A DNA stretch of 64,000 bases from Octopus vulgaris (Eukaryota): positions 57,722,001 to 57,786,000 of the forward strand of contig OX597822.1 in assembly GCA_951406725.2 (NCBI GenBank), in the 5' to 3' direction. Positions within the stretch are counted from its first letter, which is position 1. Every line of letters starts with the position of its first letter. A program made the position numbers and the translations under genes. Below, one piece after another: positions 1 through 14,368 of this stretch. A model generated the notes under the pieces. It saw nothing but the letters and a program-made list of their open reading frames with translations. It did no database searches and was not told where the DNA came from.

Positions 1-635
1 TTAAAAGTTTTTTTAAAGACAGCTGTGTCTTGATTCATGATATATATTAAAACATTACAATGTGAAGAATAAAGCTTTTCTGTTTTTACTTTTTTTAAAT
101 TAAAGAAATGAGGACCAGAATGATAAAACTAATAGTTTCAAATAATTTAATCATACAAAGATTTTTTTTAAATACTTTTATACCATGTTTTGATTTTCAA
201 ATGTTACTGTTCAGAATTTTAAATGGTTAAATTATTTTATTGTTGAACACCTAAAAATGTAGGTTTTTTTTGTTTTGTTTTGTATTTTGTCATTTAAAAA
301 ATATTTTCAAATAAACATGTTCAACTTTGGGGGATGGATGGGAGGTATTAGAAGCAATGGCCAACTTCAAAAGGTTTAGGAAGCACTGGATTACAAAGAT
401 TTAACTGGGAGAATAGGTGACAATATGGCTGTGGATGCATATAATTTTACAGAAGACAATAATGTATGTGCATGTATGCCTTTACAGGTAATTTATCAGA
501 AATTTTAATGTATTTACCAAAAAAACCATTCTTGGATGATTCTTTAAGTGAACAGAGTTTGACTTCAGTGAAAATTTAAGTTACCAAAATGCTGTTTCTT
601 TTAGAAAAAGGACATACATACATATACATATGTAA

Positions 636-922
636 AAAGCATCCAGTTCACATTGTGAAGTGGTTGGCATCTGGAAGAGCATCCAGCTGTAAAAATCATG
701 CTAAAACTGACTTCACCTGTGCTGGTGCCTTGAAAAAGCACTCAGTTCACTCTGCAGAGCGGTTGGTGTTAAAGGAAGGGCATCCAGCCATAAAAATCAT
801 ACTTGAAACAGACACATAAATCTCATGTGGTCTTCTACCTGGTTGGCTCCTGTTAAACCGTCCAACCCAGGCCAGCATTGAAGGCAGACATTAAACAACA
901 ACAATGATGATGATGATGATGA
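636..922 (+). mobile_element. Short RTE-3'-end-derived repeat. Representative copy; others near 4820-5040, 7125-7220, 12060-12355, 20780-21050, 53080-53370, 53840-54055, 54450-54610, 56740-56950, 61665-61880
   Basis: Shared aaaagcac...gtggttggc..aggaagggcatccagc...ccaacccatgccagcatgg...(GAT)n, the same layout as the 3' end of the LINE at 37216. Confidence 0.8.
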
Positions 923-1615
923 TAAGCATTCTGTATATCGTATTTCATGCAGATATACTGTAGGAAACCTGGAAACTGCAATATTTGTCTTGAGAAAGCA
1001 TCTTGTATATAGTGTTAAAAAATACAGAAATATAATATTTTCTAAGTACGATGATACAGAATGCTAATTTGAACTAATACTGCTTCCATCACTAATAATG
1101 AATTATATGTTTATATTAATGTATATATAATGTGATATTTGAGAGGTCATCGAAAAATATAAAAACAAGCCAGAAAATAATAAAATCAAAATAAAAATTC
1201 TAGAATTTATTTTGTTTGTTTGTTTTTATTTAAATACAGATTTATTTTGGAAAATAAATAATTAGTACAAACTGCAAATAGAACTAAAAACTAGAGTTTA
1301 AAAGAAACAGATGGTTATAAGTAATATTTTTGATTGCCTTCTTCAACTCAACAATGTTAGAGAGAGAAAGAGAGATAGTAACTAACAAGAGACAAAGAGT
1401 AAGCAAGTATCCAAAAGAAGTGTGAAGTTTTTGGTTTTGTTTGGATTGGTTTATTTATTTATTTTTTCAAAGAACAAAAATAATTTTTTTTTCTGGTAAA
1501 TTTGTGAAAATATCTCAGGATATGAAAGACCAAATATTTCCGGGTTTTTTCTAACAGTGCATATTCAGTTTATTGGCAGAATAAACCTCCCAAAAAACAG
1601 TTCATATATATATAG

Positions 1616-1649
<34 letters not shown>

Positions 1650-2228
1650 CTTTATTATATGTATACTTATAGCATTATACATACATAGTTATATGTAGGT
1701 TAGCTTTATATAGATACATACAGAGTTATATATATAATTTTATGTATAAATAAATTATTGGATAATTCATTTTATTTGTTCCTCTGCGCTTTTTTCTTTT
1801 TTTTTTTTTTTTTTTTTTTTGCTAAGCATTTTTACTTAAGCATCAGTTAATTTGATGGTTGAAAGAAAGTCTTAAAACTTCCAGATACCAAGAAAAAACT
1901 GTTGACACCATGAAATATACAAAGGGAAAATTAATCAACAATAATACAAAAAAAAAGTACAAGTACAGTATAAAAGTTTTGGTAAGATTCACAAGTTAAA
2001 AAACAAAGCTCAAATTTCCCCACTGTATTTTCTCACTCTTAGTACAGAACTGATAAAACAGGGTCTGGAATCACAAATAGATTGGTAGAATTTTCTTTTT
2101 TTTTTTTTTTATCTTTATCTTTTACTTGCTTCAGTAATTTGACTGCAGCTTTGCTATGGCACTGCCTTGAAGAATTTTAGTCAAACTATACTGAAATTTT
2201 TCTCTTATATATCTCTATTTGAGTTTAA

Positions 2229-2451
2229 CCCTCTTGTTACCATATTCGTATTGAAATAACACTGCTTTTGTTTTAATTAATTTTGAAAATAATGAAGAAT
2301 TTAGTAAACTAATTTACTCATTATTAAACTGGTTTTTGGAACTTAAATTTACATAAAATTTTGATGCAGGGTTATGATTTAGATCACTTTAAAACAAGAA
2401 GCCTGTATCATAGAACCAGGGACAGTCCCAAGAGGGTTGGTATCAAAAGAG
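2229..2451. mobile_element. piggyBac-type MITE, family A, reverse copy
   Basis: TTAA-ccctcttgttacc ... ggtatcaaaagag-TTAA. The internal sequence is similar to the reverse complement of 35472-35693. Confidence 0.75.
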
Positions 2452-3880
2452 TTAAAATGCAAGGAAATATGGAATTTCATAGCAAAAACCATTTTATTTT
2501 TTAATTCAACAAAATTAAGATTTTGTTTTGTCGAATAATGCACCAGTATTTTGAACGCTAATCAGTTTGGCTAAACTCAGACTCCAATCCCCAACTGTGT
2601 GATATATTGAGCTCTAGTAATATTGTACAGTGTGACAATCAACTCTCATACTTCTGTGATTTAATTAAAAACAAACCATAAAAAGTAAAGAAATTAATTA
2701 AAGAGTAATTTTTAAATAGTCATGAAAGCTTAGATTCATAGCTAAAAGGAAATAGGAAGCTTCAAACCTTTTCTAAATATTTTTTTTTAATTACTTTCTT
2801 GTATTTATCCATAAACCAATCAACTTGCTAAAAATCTCCTTCAAATCACACCCTACCGTCTTAATAAAAGAGACATTGGATAATATATGGTACTAAATAC
2901 ACTGTGGCTAGAATGATATAAAAAGGAAAAGACAAGAAAATCACAGCTGGGATATCATTGATAAAGGGTCTATTCAGGACCAACTTTGAGCTAAAATAAC
3001 AAACATGTTGCACTTTCCCCCAATAATAATTTATGCTTTGACTGAGCAACAAGGCCAACTACAGATAGTTGGTTAAACTCAACTAAGTACATTACTGGTG
3101 CTTATTTACACACCCCTGCATGTTACTGGTATCTAGTTTAGTTGTTACAGTAGGAAGAGCAGCCAATACTGGACTGGAAGTACTTAATAATAATGATTTC
3201 AAATTTTGGCACAAGGCCAGCAATTTCGGGTGGTAAGGGTAAGACGATTATATTGACCTCATTGATCAAGTGGTACTTATTTTATCAACCCCAAAAGGAT
3301 GAAGGGTAAAGTCAACCTCAGTGGAATTTGAACTCAGAATGTAAAGACAAATAATGAAATGCTGCTAAGCATTTAGCGCAGCATGGTGCTGATTCTGCCA
3401 GGTGGCTGCCTTATAGTTCTTAATTATAATGATTATGTCTTCCTAAATTTTTTAGCAACTAAATTACAAAGCCAGAATTTCTTCAAAAACAAAATTATAA
3501 GAAAAAAATACAAACATCTAAGCAAAATAAAGAAGGAAACAAACCAAATATATAAATAAATACATCAGTGAAGTAGAGAGTTATGTCACCCTATAAATAA
3601 ACATGGTTAATAACATAGAATTTAGCTGAAAGCTGCTGATATTTGGTTACCTGAATTTGTGTTCTGAGGCCAGATTCAAGATCAATTTGGGTTAGTTTGC
3701 AAAATGGGTTTTTTTTTTCATAAAACAGAACTTGATGAGTTTATATTGCAGTGCTGTTAGCAGTGGTATGGTGGTGGTGGTAGTTTTTTTTTTAAATTTA
3801 GTAAAGAATTTTGGCTGAATCCTACTTTTTGTACATTAGCAAACCTTTAGATTGGAGGAAAATATCAAGTAAAATAATGT

Positions 3881-3912
<32 letters not shown>

Positions 3913-4618
3913 GAGTGTGTGTCTTTGTGTATGTGTATATATATATATATAGTGTGTGTGTGTATGTATGCATGACGATACATATATACATACATTGATA
4001 CATGTATATTATATATATTTATATTTTTTCTTCCCTGAAATTAATTCAGTTGAAGTGCATAACTTTTATATGTAATGCTCAATACAAAATGCAAGTGTGA
4101 AGTGTCATACTCTAGCAATCATGATTTACACTACATACTTTTTTGTTTCATTTTCTCATTTATTGTTGAATATAACTATAGCATCATTGAAATATTATTT
4201 ACTAATAACTAGCTTAACAGTTGGTGGCAACCTTCAAAACAGATTTATATAAACTAGGCTACTATAGAAAAAAGATATATAACAGCACCCATGGATGACC
4301 AGGGGTTGAAACAATAGCATTGTAACCTTGTACTACACACTTGTGATTAAAATGGAGAATTAGTTCTCAGACGGTCTCTCCTGTGAACAACCAATGAAGA
4401 GATTTCATGGTAACACAAGAAACAATCTTAAAAGTCTCTGAACATCAATGGTGTTCACTGGGAATATTTCACATGAGCAGAAGTGAATGACAGTCTTACA
4501 ACAAGTAACAACAGACTGCAGGTTAGAAAATTCAAATTGCCCATCAATCAGAGAAACATACATACATGTATGTGAGTGTATGTGCATGATATATATCATG
4601 CACATCTACTTTAACATA

Positions 4619-4680
<62 letters not shown>

Positions 4681-5275
4681 TACATATTGTGTGTGCGAGT
4701 GTATACAAGGTAGCCATGTATCTCCTCTACAGCATGACACCAATCTCTATCCCCCTATTATATTTTATGTCATCAACTAACACAAAGCCACCTCCTTCAA
4801 TACTTCTCCTCTCAATTGAGGGGCCTTTGTCTTGCAAGTTACTGAGGTGACCTTACTGGTGCTGGTGCCACATAAAAAAGCAGCCAGCACACTCTGTAAA
4901 GTGGTTGGCATCAGAAAGAGCATCCAGCTGACAGTAGAGTTTGGCACAGTCCTTTAGCTTGCTAGTTCCTGTCAAACCATCCAATCCATGCCAGCATAGA
5001 AAACAGACATTAACTGATGATGAATGTGATGATGATGATATACATCATCATCATCATCATCATCATCATCACCATCATCATTACTGAACTCATTTACAAT
5101 TCTCATTTTGCTCGCTGTATCTCTGCAGATGGTTAGTACCACTCTCATATGCCATTCATCTACACCACCTAATTTTCTTGTACACGTATATATGCATTGG
5201 TATATGTTTATGTATGAACATATATCTATGTGTGTGTGTGTGTGAGTGTGAGTGTGTGCATGCGTGTGTACATAC

Positions 5276-5306
<31 letters not shown>

Positions 5307-8300
5307 TGTATGTATGTATGAATATATACACATGGATTTATTCATATTATTACAATATGACAACCAATGTTTCAGAAAGCATATGTGCATAAAGTATCGA
5401 CAAAGAAGGTATGTTTTAGAAACTAAGAATTGAGTCAATATATATTGGTTTTGGCAGAGAGGGAAGGCTGGAAAATTGTAAAGTGTTGCTGTAAAGGGAT
5501 TGTGTGCGAAACAAATTGGTAAGGGAGAAGAGGTCAGAAGGTAAAGGAAATATTAAAAGTAATGCAGGGTGGCAGGAGAAGGGTGAATAAGAGAGAGCTA
5601 TGGACAGGGATTGGAGAAGCAGTGCTGATAGTGTCAAGGTCAGAGGAAAGAAGGATGACAAATAGAGATGATGGAGAGAGAGAGAGAGGGAGGACGAGAA
5701 AGTGTGTGTGTTGTGTATGTGCATGCATGTGTGTGTGAGATACATGCACACACTTCAAATTGGACATTTTAAACTATCATGTAATAATGCTATAAATTTT
5801 CAAACTCAAAATGTAAATGTACTCTTTCAGTATTTGAATATTTCACTCCTTCATTTGTAAAACCTAATCTACATGCAGCTGTTGCTATATAGCACACACA
5901 CACACACACATTTTCTATATAGGATCATTCTCAGTTTGTTTAACATTAGTCCTATGTATAATAAAATAAATGTATGAAAGGAATAAGTGGCAGAATTTAT
6001 TTGACTTTTAAATAGAATCTTGTGACTTAAGTTTCAACATGCCCACCATCATTATATATAAAACTATAATTTAATTCTATTCTAAAATTTCATCCCAACT
6101 GACTTTCAGTTATATTTTATAACACATTAATTATCCTAACCTGCAGAATCATTTATAGAACAAGGTTTAATTCACTAAATATTAGTCTTTACATATTCCT
6201 CATAAAATAAATTAATAGTTCTTTATAAGTTCGAACAATTATAGTAAAATTTGTGATTGGTGACAATAAAATAGATGTGTCAGGTTTGTAAATGTTCTTT
6301 ACACATTAATTTTGTCATATATAAATATTTCAAATTGTACGAGGACTTTCTAACGAACTATATGTATATTTTCTTGAGAGGATTTATTAAGTTTTTAACC
6401 TTTTCAGAATTGAAGCTGGTCACTAACCACAAATGGAGAAACCCTGAAATGTTTTACACATTTTCATTGTTCTTCTGATTGATTGTATCTAGTAAATGCA
6501 AATCAGTCTGCTATGTATGCATGCATGCATGAATGTATGTATGTATGTATGTGTGTGTTTACATTCACACACACACAAACACATGCATATATTGTACTTA
6601 TATATATATCCGTGTGTATGTGTTAGTAGCATACTACAGATTTTTCGCAAACCATTTGTCAGCTTACTGTGATTATCAAATAATTTCTAGCTCCAACTCA
6701 AGTCTACATATATGTAGGAGAGACACAAAGTTGGTTTATATTACACTCTCCCCATCTCAAAGAACCCTAAAAGTAAGACAGGCAAAATCCACCCTTACCA
6801 TCACCACCACCACCAGTACTGAAACTCAGAACATAAAGGGACATAACTGAACACTATAAGACATTTAGTCAGACACTCTTACCATCTCTGCCACTCCACC
6901 ACCATAATAATGTTATACAAGTCTTATAATTCTAAGGAAATAAATATAAGAATGGTAACTTTTTGAAACTATCAATGGTGACACTTAAGAACCATGATAA
7001 CTCTCTTTTTTTTTTAGAATTCGTTGTGGTAACTAACTTCTTGGTATCAAACTCCTTGGAATTCACATTGCTATTATTACAAATATCACCATCTCTCCAA
7101 AGCTCCCTAAGAAAATACTCCATGTCAGCTTTACTCTGGTTTCTATGACCGGATGCCCTTCCTAATGCCAACCACTTTATAGTATGTGCGGGATGCTTTT
7201 CCTTTTTTATTTTTGTGCCACCAGTACTAGAAGGATTGCCGAGTAATTTGCAGAACAAGAAAGAACACAATCCTTCAATATTTCTATTTTGCCTCAGCAA
7301 ATCGCTTCTTTGGGGAATTTTTGATAGTTTAACAACAACTACACAGAAAGAAAACAGTTCAACCAGGTTTATAATCATTAGTGGCCAAGGCAACATTTTC
7401 AATGGAGTTTCACATGTAGGAGCTGGAAATATAGCAGACATTGAGGAAGTATCTATGTGGCCACTCAAACTACAAGAAATAGCAGCTAAATTCCCCTCAT
7501 ATCACATTTTAATACCTAAAAAAGGGGAAAGAAATATTGGATAATGTGGTCCTAGATACACTATTTATAAAAAAGAAAAGACAGGATGATTGCAGCTAGA
7601 GCACTTTTGAACATCATAGGTCCATATGATCTGGCCTAACCTAGAGTTAAATGACACCAACAACAAAAATTGTTAATATGATAAACATAAAGGTTAAGTA
7701 ATATTTGTGCATCTTAAGGAGAAAGTCCCTGGGTAAGAGAAGTATCTTATTCGTAAAACTATTAAGATGTAAGCAACTGCAATGAGATGAGAACTCATGA
7801 CTTTAATAGTCAAATGTCTAATTTATCAATAAATTTACACAGTTGCTTGACCTGCAAGAAATAGAAGCTGAATCTTCCTCCAGTCACACTGTACTGTCTC
7901 AGGGGAAGTTGGACAATATGATTATGAGGTCAGAGTATGGATGGTCGAGGCTGGAATACTTTTAAGCAGAGATCTGCTCAATCAAGACTAACCTAGGACC
8001 AAACAATAGAGAGAAACAAAGAGAGAAATGGAGAAGAGAGAGACAGAAGTAGTGAAGATGAGGAGAGAGAAGAGTAGCCTGCTATAGAGGTTGTTGTAGT
8101 CACTGTTCGAAGACTGATTACATATTTGGTATAGTAGGAAAGAAGTGGAGAGAATTTACATCAGATCCTTAATTAAAAGAGACCAACGGAGGAGATAATT
8201 GTAGCAACAGTGATACTAGAATGGTGGTAGAGAGATGGATAGAGTGATACTAATATAAATACAATTGTTGAAAAGTGTAGTATATTGTAGAATTAGACAT

Positions 8301-8380
8301 TAATAACAGTACTATGTCCTAAACTACTCACCACTGCATTGCACTTTACTTTTTACTTGTTTGACTGTGAAACAAGTACT

Positions 8381-8610
8381 CTTTTACTTGTTTCACATTT
8401 GACTGTGGCTATGCTGGAGCACCGCCTTTAGTCGAGCAAACTGACCCCAGGACTTATTCTTTATAAGCCTAGCATTTTATTCTATCGGTCTCTTTTGCCA
8501 AACGGTTAAGTTACGGGGACGTAACACACCAGCATCGGATATCAAGCGAAGTTGGGGGGACAAAAACAGACACACATACATATATACATATATATATATA
8601 TACATATATG
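8381..8610 (-). mobile_element. 3' part of an abundant CORE-type SINE (related pieces at about 2113-2180, 29250-29400, 43045-43345, 14545-14650, 34385-34540, 60000-60090)
   Basis: ttttacttgtttca..tttgactg.ggc.atgctggagcaccgcc...aagcctag...aagttacggggacgta, shared with 43045-43345. Heads carry gcaccttgggcaagtgtc. Confidence 0.7.
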
Positions 8611-9382
8611 TATATATGTATGTGAATTCTTGCTTGTTTGTTTTGTCTGTTTGCTTTCCTGTGCATGCATTGGTTTTGTGTGTTGGTGTATTGTGTGTGC
8701 ACTTAAGTGTCGTATGTATTTATACACAGATAATGTCTTATTGCACAATCGTATGGAAAGAGAGAAAGTGAGGGTGAAAGGATAGAAGAATATATTGCAT
8801 CTACGTAGCCACCTACCACCCACTTCTGCTTTCATCATTTCATAGATAAAGAATGAAACAAAAACATAAAAAGAATGCAATCAAGTGTGATTAGCACATA
8901 CATGCTTAATTATTTTTGTTTAAATGTTTGCTTTACATTTTATTTTTGTTTCCATCTGTTGCTTTTTACTGTTGAAGGTGGAAGGGTGGGCAGGTGGATC
9001 AGAGGTGATTATCTGGAGTTTATTAACCCTAATTGTTTGTTGCGAAGTGAACAGAGCAATCATCATTGTATAGAGCTTATTTCTGGGATAGGATTTATTT
9101 ATTAATGTTTGTCGTTTTTTTTTTACTTCTGTTTTATTTTTTGTAAAAAAAAAAAATTTTTTTTTTTAATTTTTCTTCATATATTTATTCCCTTAATATC
9201 AAGAGGAATTAGAATATACCTCATATGTGTACAAAATGTACTGACACAACCAAAACATTGCAACACCAATATGTTTTACTCCAGTAAAGTTACATAACAC
9301 GAGGAACACAGTTCAGATATTTTTCACATTCTTTTTCCCCTGAAAGAACCCTAACTACAACAACAACAATAATAATAATAAT

Positions 9383-9606
9383 GGTTTCAAATTTTGGCAC
9401 AGGGCCAGCAGCTTTTGAGGGTACGAAGAAGTCAATTACATCAACTCCAGTACTTGACTGGTACTTATTTTATTGACCCTAAAAAGATGAAAGGTAAAGT
9501 CTACCGTGGCAGCATTTGAACTCAGAACGTAAAACCAGAATAAATAGAAATGCCGCTAAGAAGTGTGTCTACCATGCTAATGATTCTACCAGCTTGCCGC
9601 CATCAA

Positions 9607-9648
<42 letters not shown>

Positions 9649-11101
9649 CATTATTGTTTCAGACATAGGCACAAGACCTACAAGAGATTTTAGATGTACG
9701 AAAGACAAAGATGACTTCGGCGGGATTCAAACCATTGTTTTTTTAATGTTAATGGTTTCTAAGAAAGGTACAAAGGCCTGGAATTTGGGGGCGGAATTTA
9801 ATCACTTAGATCAACCTCATCACTACTTGACTAATATTTTATTTTAGCAAGCCCTGGACAGCTGACATGCAAATTTGACCATGGCAGGATTTGAACTCAA
9901 CTCAGAACAGCCAGAAGAAATACCACAAAGCATTTTCATCCTGTGCTATAATGATTCTGCCAATTCACCACCCATAATAATTACGGTAAATATAAAAAAA
10001 AATTACTACAACTGTGTGTGTATGTGTGCGTGTATATTCACACACAGACAAAATTTTTATTTTACTTCTTCACTTCCTCATATAAGCTGTTGTTGTCGTT
10101 GTTATTATTAATATTATTATTATCATTATTATTACATTTATTATTATTATTATTATTATTATTACATTTATTATTATCATTATTATTATTATTATTTCTA
10201 TTATAGTCATCATCATTATCATCATCATCAGCCAGTGTACACATGAACGATCATCCAAGGTATGATTGGTTCTTTTCGAGGTTACGTTTTTAACCCTTTG
10301 CAAAAGGGACGAACCTATAACTCCCCCCAAAATCAGTGAAAAACTTACACCATCATTTAGCTAAAAATTTCATTGATGATAATGATGATGATGTTAATGA
10401 TGATAATAACATTAAAAAGGATAATCATGACGACGATAACAGAGATCATGATGATGACGATGATGCTGATGATGATAATAATGGTTTCTACCGTAGGCAC
10501 AAGGCCGGTCGTTTTGAGTGGAAAGGGTTAATTGATACCATTAATTCCAGTACTTGACTGATACTCTATTTTACCGACCGCTGGAGGGATTCGAACCAAG
10601 AGCCTAAACAGCAGGAACAAATATCACAAGGCAATTTTTCCAAAGCTCTAATGATGTTGCCAAACATCCACCCTTAATAAGATAAGCAAAAGGACTCAAT
10701 TAAATCAACTACAGTACTTGACTAGTTCTTTCTTTTATTTATCTGAACCTCCCACCTGAGAAAGATGAAATGTAAATTTAACCTCACCAGGATTTGAACT
10801 CAGAATTTAGAACAACATTAGTATAAGCCTTAAAGAAATTTGTCTGCTACTCTACCAATTCTGCAATCCTGTAGCAGTAGGAGGAGTAATAAGTAATTTC
10901 TTTAGGAGGGGGCTAGTCAACTACATTGACCCCAGTGCTCAACAGGTACTTAATTTATCAACCCTAAAAGGATGAAAGGTAAAGCTGACCTCAATAGAAT
11001 TTGAATTCAGAATGCAAAGACAGGCGAAATGCCACTAAGCATTCTGTCAGGTGCAGTAACAATTTTGCCAGTTCGCCAACTGATATTACAAAAAAAAAAA
11101 A

Positions 11102-11142
<41 letters not shown>

Positions 11143-11363
11143 TAATAATCCTTTCTACTATAGGCACAAGGCCTGAAATTTTGAGGTGGGGGCTAGTGAA
11201 TTACATCAACTCCAGTACTCAACTGGTACTTATTTTATCAACCCCGGTAGGATGACAGGCAAAGTTAGCCTCAGTGAAATTTGAACTAAGAACATGAAGC
11301 CAGAAAAAATGCTGCTAAGCATTTTTGTCTGGCACAGTAACGATTCTGCCACCTTGCCACCTT
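9383..11363 (-). mobile_element. Cluster of about 6 co-oriented tRNA-derived SINE copies with microsatellite tails
   Basis: Repeated ggcacaaggcc...actggtacttattttat...gatgaaagg...atttgaactcagaa...ttctgccag units separated by (AAT)n/(GAT)n. Central motif gcctttcatcc..ggtcgataaaataagtaccag (Meta-domain-like, from recall). Confidence 0.85.
10086..10230. repeat. Compound (TTG)/(TTA)/(TCA) trinucleotide tract
   Basis: Direct reading. Source of the poly-L/N/I ORFs in the track. Confidence 0.9.
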
Positions 11364-11645
11364 ATGTAATAATAATAATGATGATGGTGGTGGTGATGAT
11401 CATGATGATAATGATAATAATAATAATAATAATAATAATGAATTATTTAAAGTTTAAATGTTTAGCCACAGAATAAAGAGAAATAATCTGAACAAAAACA
11501 TAAAATAGAGAAAGTGAAAATGAGAGAGAATTAAAGAATAAAAACATATGTTGCATTTAAAAGTTGTGTTCTGAAGAGCTGAGCATATATTCAATTCCTT
11601 AACCTTCATATTCTACCATTTTTTGGGAGCTTGTGTAAAGTCTCT

Positions 11646-11855
11646 TTAAGCATTTGTTTCATTGTTCTCCAGTTCATGCAGCTGAGTACAGTTCTCCGTG
11701 GACTGGTCTAGTTGGGTTTTGATACTTGACTCAACTTCTATATTACTGGCCTCATTTTTTGATTCCACTTTGGCACTTTCCCCTTTCGTTTCCAAAAACT
11801 TCGCAATGAAATCATAACCAGCTTCTGAGGACAACTCGGCAGCTGTCTGATCTTC
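11646..11855 (-). CDS. ANKRD29: ANKRD29-like terminal coding exon (EDQTAAELSSEAGYDFIAKFLETK...ELENNETNA*)
   Basis: ttacag acceptor, phase 0, capping half-ankyrin TAAEL, 69 codons then TAA. Lies within ORF 11646..11927. Confidence 0.8.
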   Translation of the reverse strand, partial: EDQTAAELSSEAGYDFIAKFLETKGESAKVESKNEASNIEVESSIKTQLDQSTENCTQLHELENNETNA

Positions 11856-14005
11856 CTGTAATTGGAGAGAAAATAGTAGGTTAATTTCATTTCCATAAAA
11901 AACAATCATCATCGTCGTCGTTGTCATTCAAAGTCTTGCCCAAGGACACAATGTACTTCTATGTACTGAACTCACAACCTTACAATCATGAGCTGAATAC
12001 CCTAACTACTTAGCCACATGTCTTCACTTCATAATATGATAGTCGTCGTCGTCGACGTCATCGTCATCATCATCATCGTTTAATGTCCACCCTCCATGCT
12101 AGCATAGGTTGGACAATCTGACAGGAGCTGACCAGGCAGAAGACTGCACCAGACTTCTGTATCTGTTTTGGCAGAGTTTTTATGGCAGGATGCCCTTCCT
12201 AACACCAATCACCCAGCAGAGTGGACTGAGTGCTTTTTACCTGGCACAAGCACAGACAGGGTCAGTTTTGGTATGGTTTTTATGGCTGGATGTCCTTCCA
12301 AATGCCAGCCGCTTTACAGTGTGGACTGGATGCTTTTTATGTGGCACCAGCACAGGCCTGGTTATAATCATCTTCATTTATTTTTCAAAGTCATTAACAA
12401 TTCTTAATTAACCAGAAAACTTGTCTACAAAGCAAAGTTGGTGTTTTACTTAGCCAAGATGAGCTCTGCACCTCCATCACTCTCAAAGTCAGAGGCAATA
12501 TACGTGGAAGGGTGTGGATAGCAGTATGACAAGTCCCATGATTCTGGAGGTCTTCATGGATTGTCCTGTCAATTGAATGTCGAGTTGCTTTGGTCACCAC
12601 AATGAAATAAACTTAAAAATTAAATGTACCCTAGCTCTTTCAATTGTGGAGCCAGAAGGATTGTCCAGGGACAATGGGAAGAGATTGGGGGGACTCACTC
12701 TTTTCCCTTGGGCTAGAGACAAATGTCACATATGAAATGCCATTGTTAGTAATTCTTTCACTCCATCACACATCCTTAATGTTGTGACAGAGGTAGGGGT
12801 TTCCTGCATTTATAGCTGAATGGAATATGACAATGAAATACCATAATTTATTGGTAAATTACATTTTGCAATCCATTACATTTGAGACATTTTTGGGAAA
12901 CTGAAATACTGACACAAAAGTTTTTCATTTTGTTAGTGTCCTGTTTCACTGAAGAAGCAGCTGATGTTCATGAGGAATGTTTGGATGTTCCAAAACCTCG
13001 ACCTCACACTCACTCAGAGTAACAACATGTTTGGAGTTTTCCCAAAACGTTTTAATGGGAAAAACTGGTCCCCTTGTGAAGGAATATGCAGACCTCTTCA
13101 TTATATTTGTTTATTTACCATTATTTTTAAGTCTGCTTTTCCATGCTGGCATGTGTTGGATGAGTAGTCATGGTCTGGGTCAGAAATCACTCAATGTGTG
13201 TAATACATGTGCATGTGTGTGTATAATGTATATATAAAAATGTTCTGTGTACACCTCTGTTTCATGACTATATAGTTCTCTGAGCGCCTATGTATATGTG
13301 CATGTGTATGTATTAGTATTCAGATCTTCCCTGTTTTTATCATCATCATCATTGCCACAATTCTCATGCTTACACCTTCATGCTTCCTCTGTCACTATCC
13401 TCGGTTATTTCCTTCTTGAGGTGAGTTACCTTCATAAGGCAGTGATCAAAACAAGTCATAGACATATTCAAAAATTAAAATAAACAGGCAAAGGCATGTC
13501 TGCATGATAAGAAATCTGCTTAGCAATTACATGGTTTTTGAATTCAGTCTCACTGTGCAGCACCTTGGGCATTTTGGATAATAGCACAACCAATGCTTTG
13601 TGAATGAATCTGGTAGACAGAAAACACTTGTAAATGAGTATGTGTGTGCAAGCTTGAGTCTTCCCTGTGTCTTGACAGTTGCATACTGATTGTAAACAAA
13701 GTCATTTGTTTGCAATCTGTTGTGGAAATATGTCTTACCATTGAGTTGTATGTTGTTTGGAGGACTACAGGAAATATTGTTTTGCATGCAAACAGATCAG
13801 GGATGGCAGATTGGCAATAAGCAGAGACTCTGGCCATAGAAAACCTGTCTCAACAAGTTTCATCTAACCCATGCAAGCACAGAGAAGTGGACGTTAAAAT
13901 AATAATAATGACAATAATAGAACCCTGACAGTTGATAGCAAGGAATCTTTTTTTTATTTTTATATATATAGTTTAAAGAATATGCACGCGTTATTTTATA
14001 CCATA

Positions 14006-14368
14006 CTAGCACTAAGACCCAGTGTTGCCAGGTCATAGTGCTAGTGAATGCATATACGGCTGCATGCGTGCACACATACACGCGAGTACTGTCCAAATCT
14101 CCGACCAATAACATACAGTTAGCTGCCATTCAATTGGTGTATCAAGTTTTGGGCATTTTGATTGGGTTTTGGATAGAAAATTCACAAAAATGTCACTTCT
14201 ATTGTCTTTTAATGGCTTTGCAGGGTGACTGGGGAAATGTAAAGAGGTGCACGACCACCCTTGGACGGTTTTGAATGACCATAGAAAGTGCAAGCCCTCT
14301 AACTGAAAAATTGTGGATTTGTATAAAGGACACACACAGAGACATTTTGCAGTTTATATATAGAGAGA
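14006..14368 (-). mobile_element. Non-autonomous Helitron-like element
   Basis: The minus strand starts A|TCTCTCTATATATAAA and ends with the hairpin gacctggcaacactgggtc then CTAG|T. Inserted between A and T, with no TSD. Confidence 0.7.

Noticed and set aside
1-2100. T-rich, relatively TE-poor stretch suggestive of a neighbouring gene's 3' UTR
   Set aside because: No coding exon is visible, and AATAAA motifs are uninformative at this AT content.
4405-4520. Possible extra minus-strand exon after a ctgcag acceptor
   Set aside because: Downstream of the ANKRD29 stop, with no homology signal. It cannot be supported without transcripts.
6932-7544. ORFs of 178 aa (-) and 109 aa (+)
   Set aside because: They run through repeat fragments (HPAHTIKWLALGRAS is the translated RTE 3' UTR) and show no domain signal.
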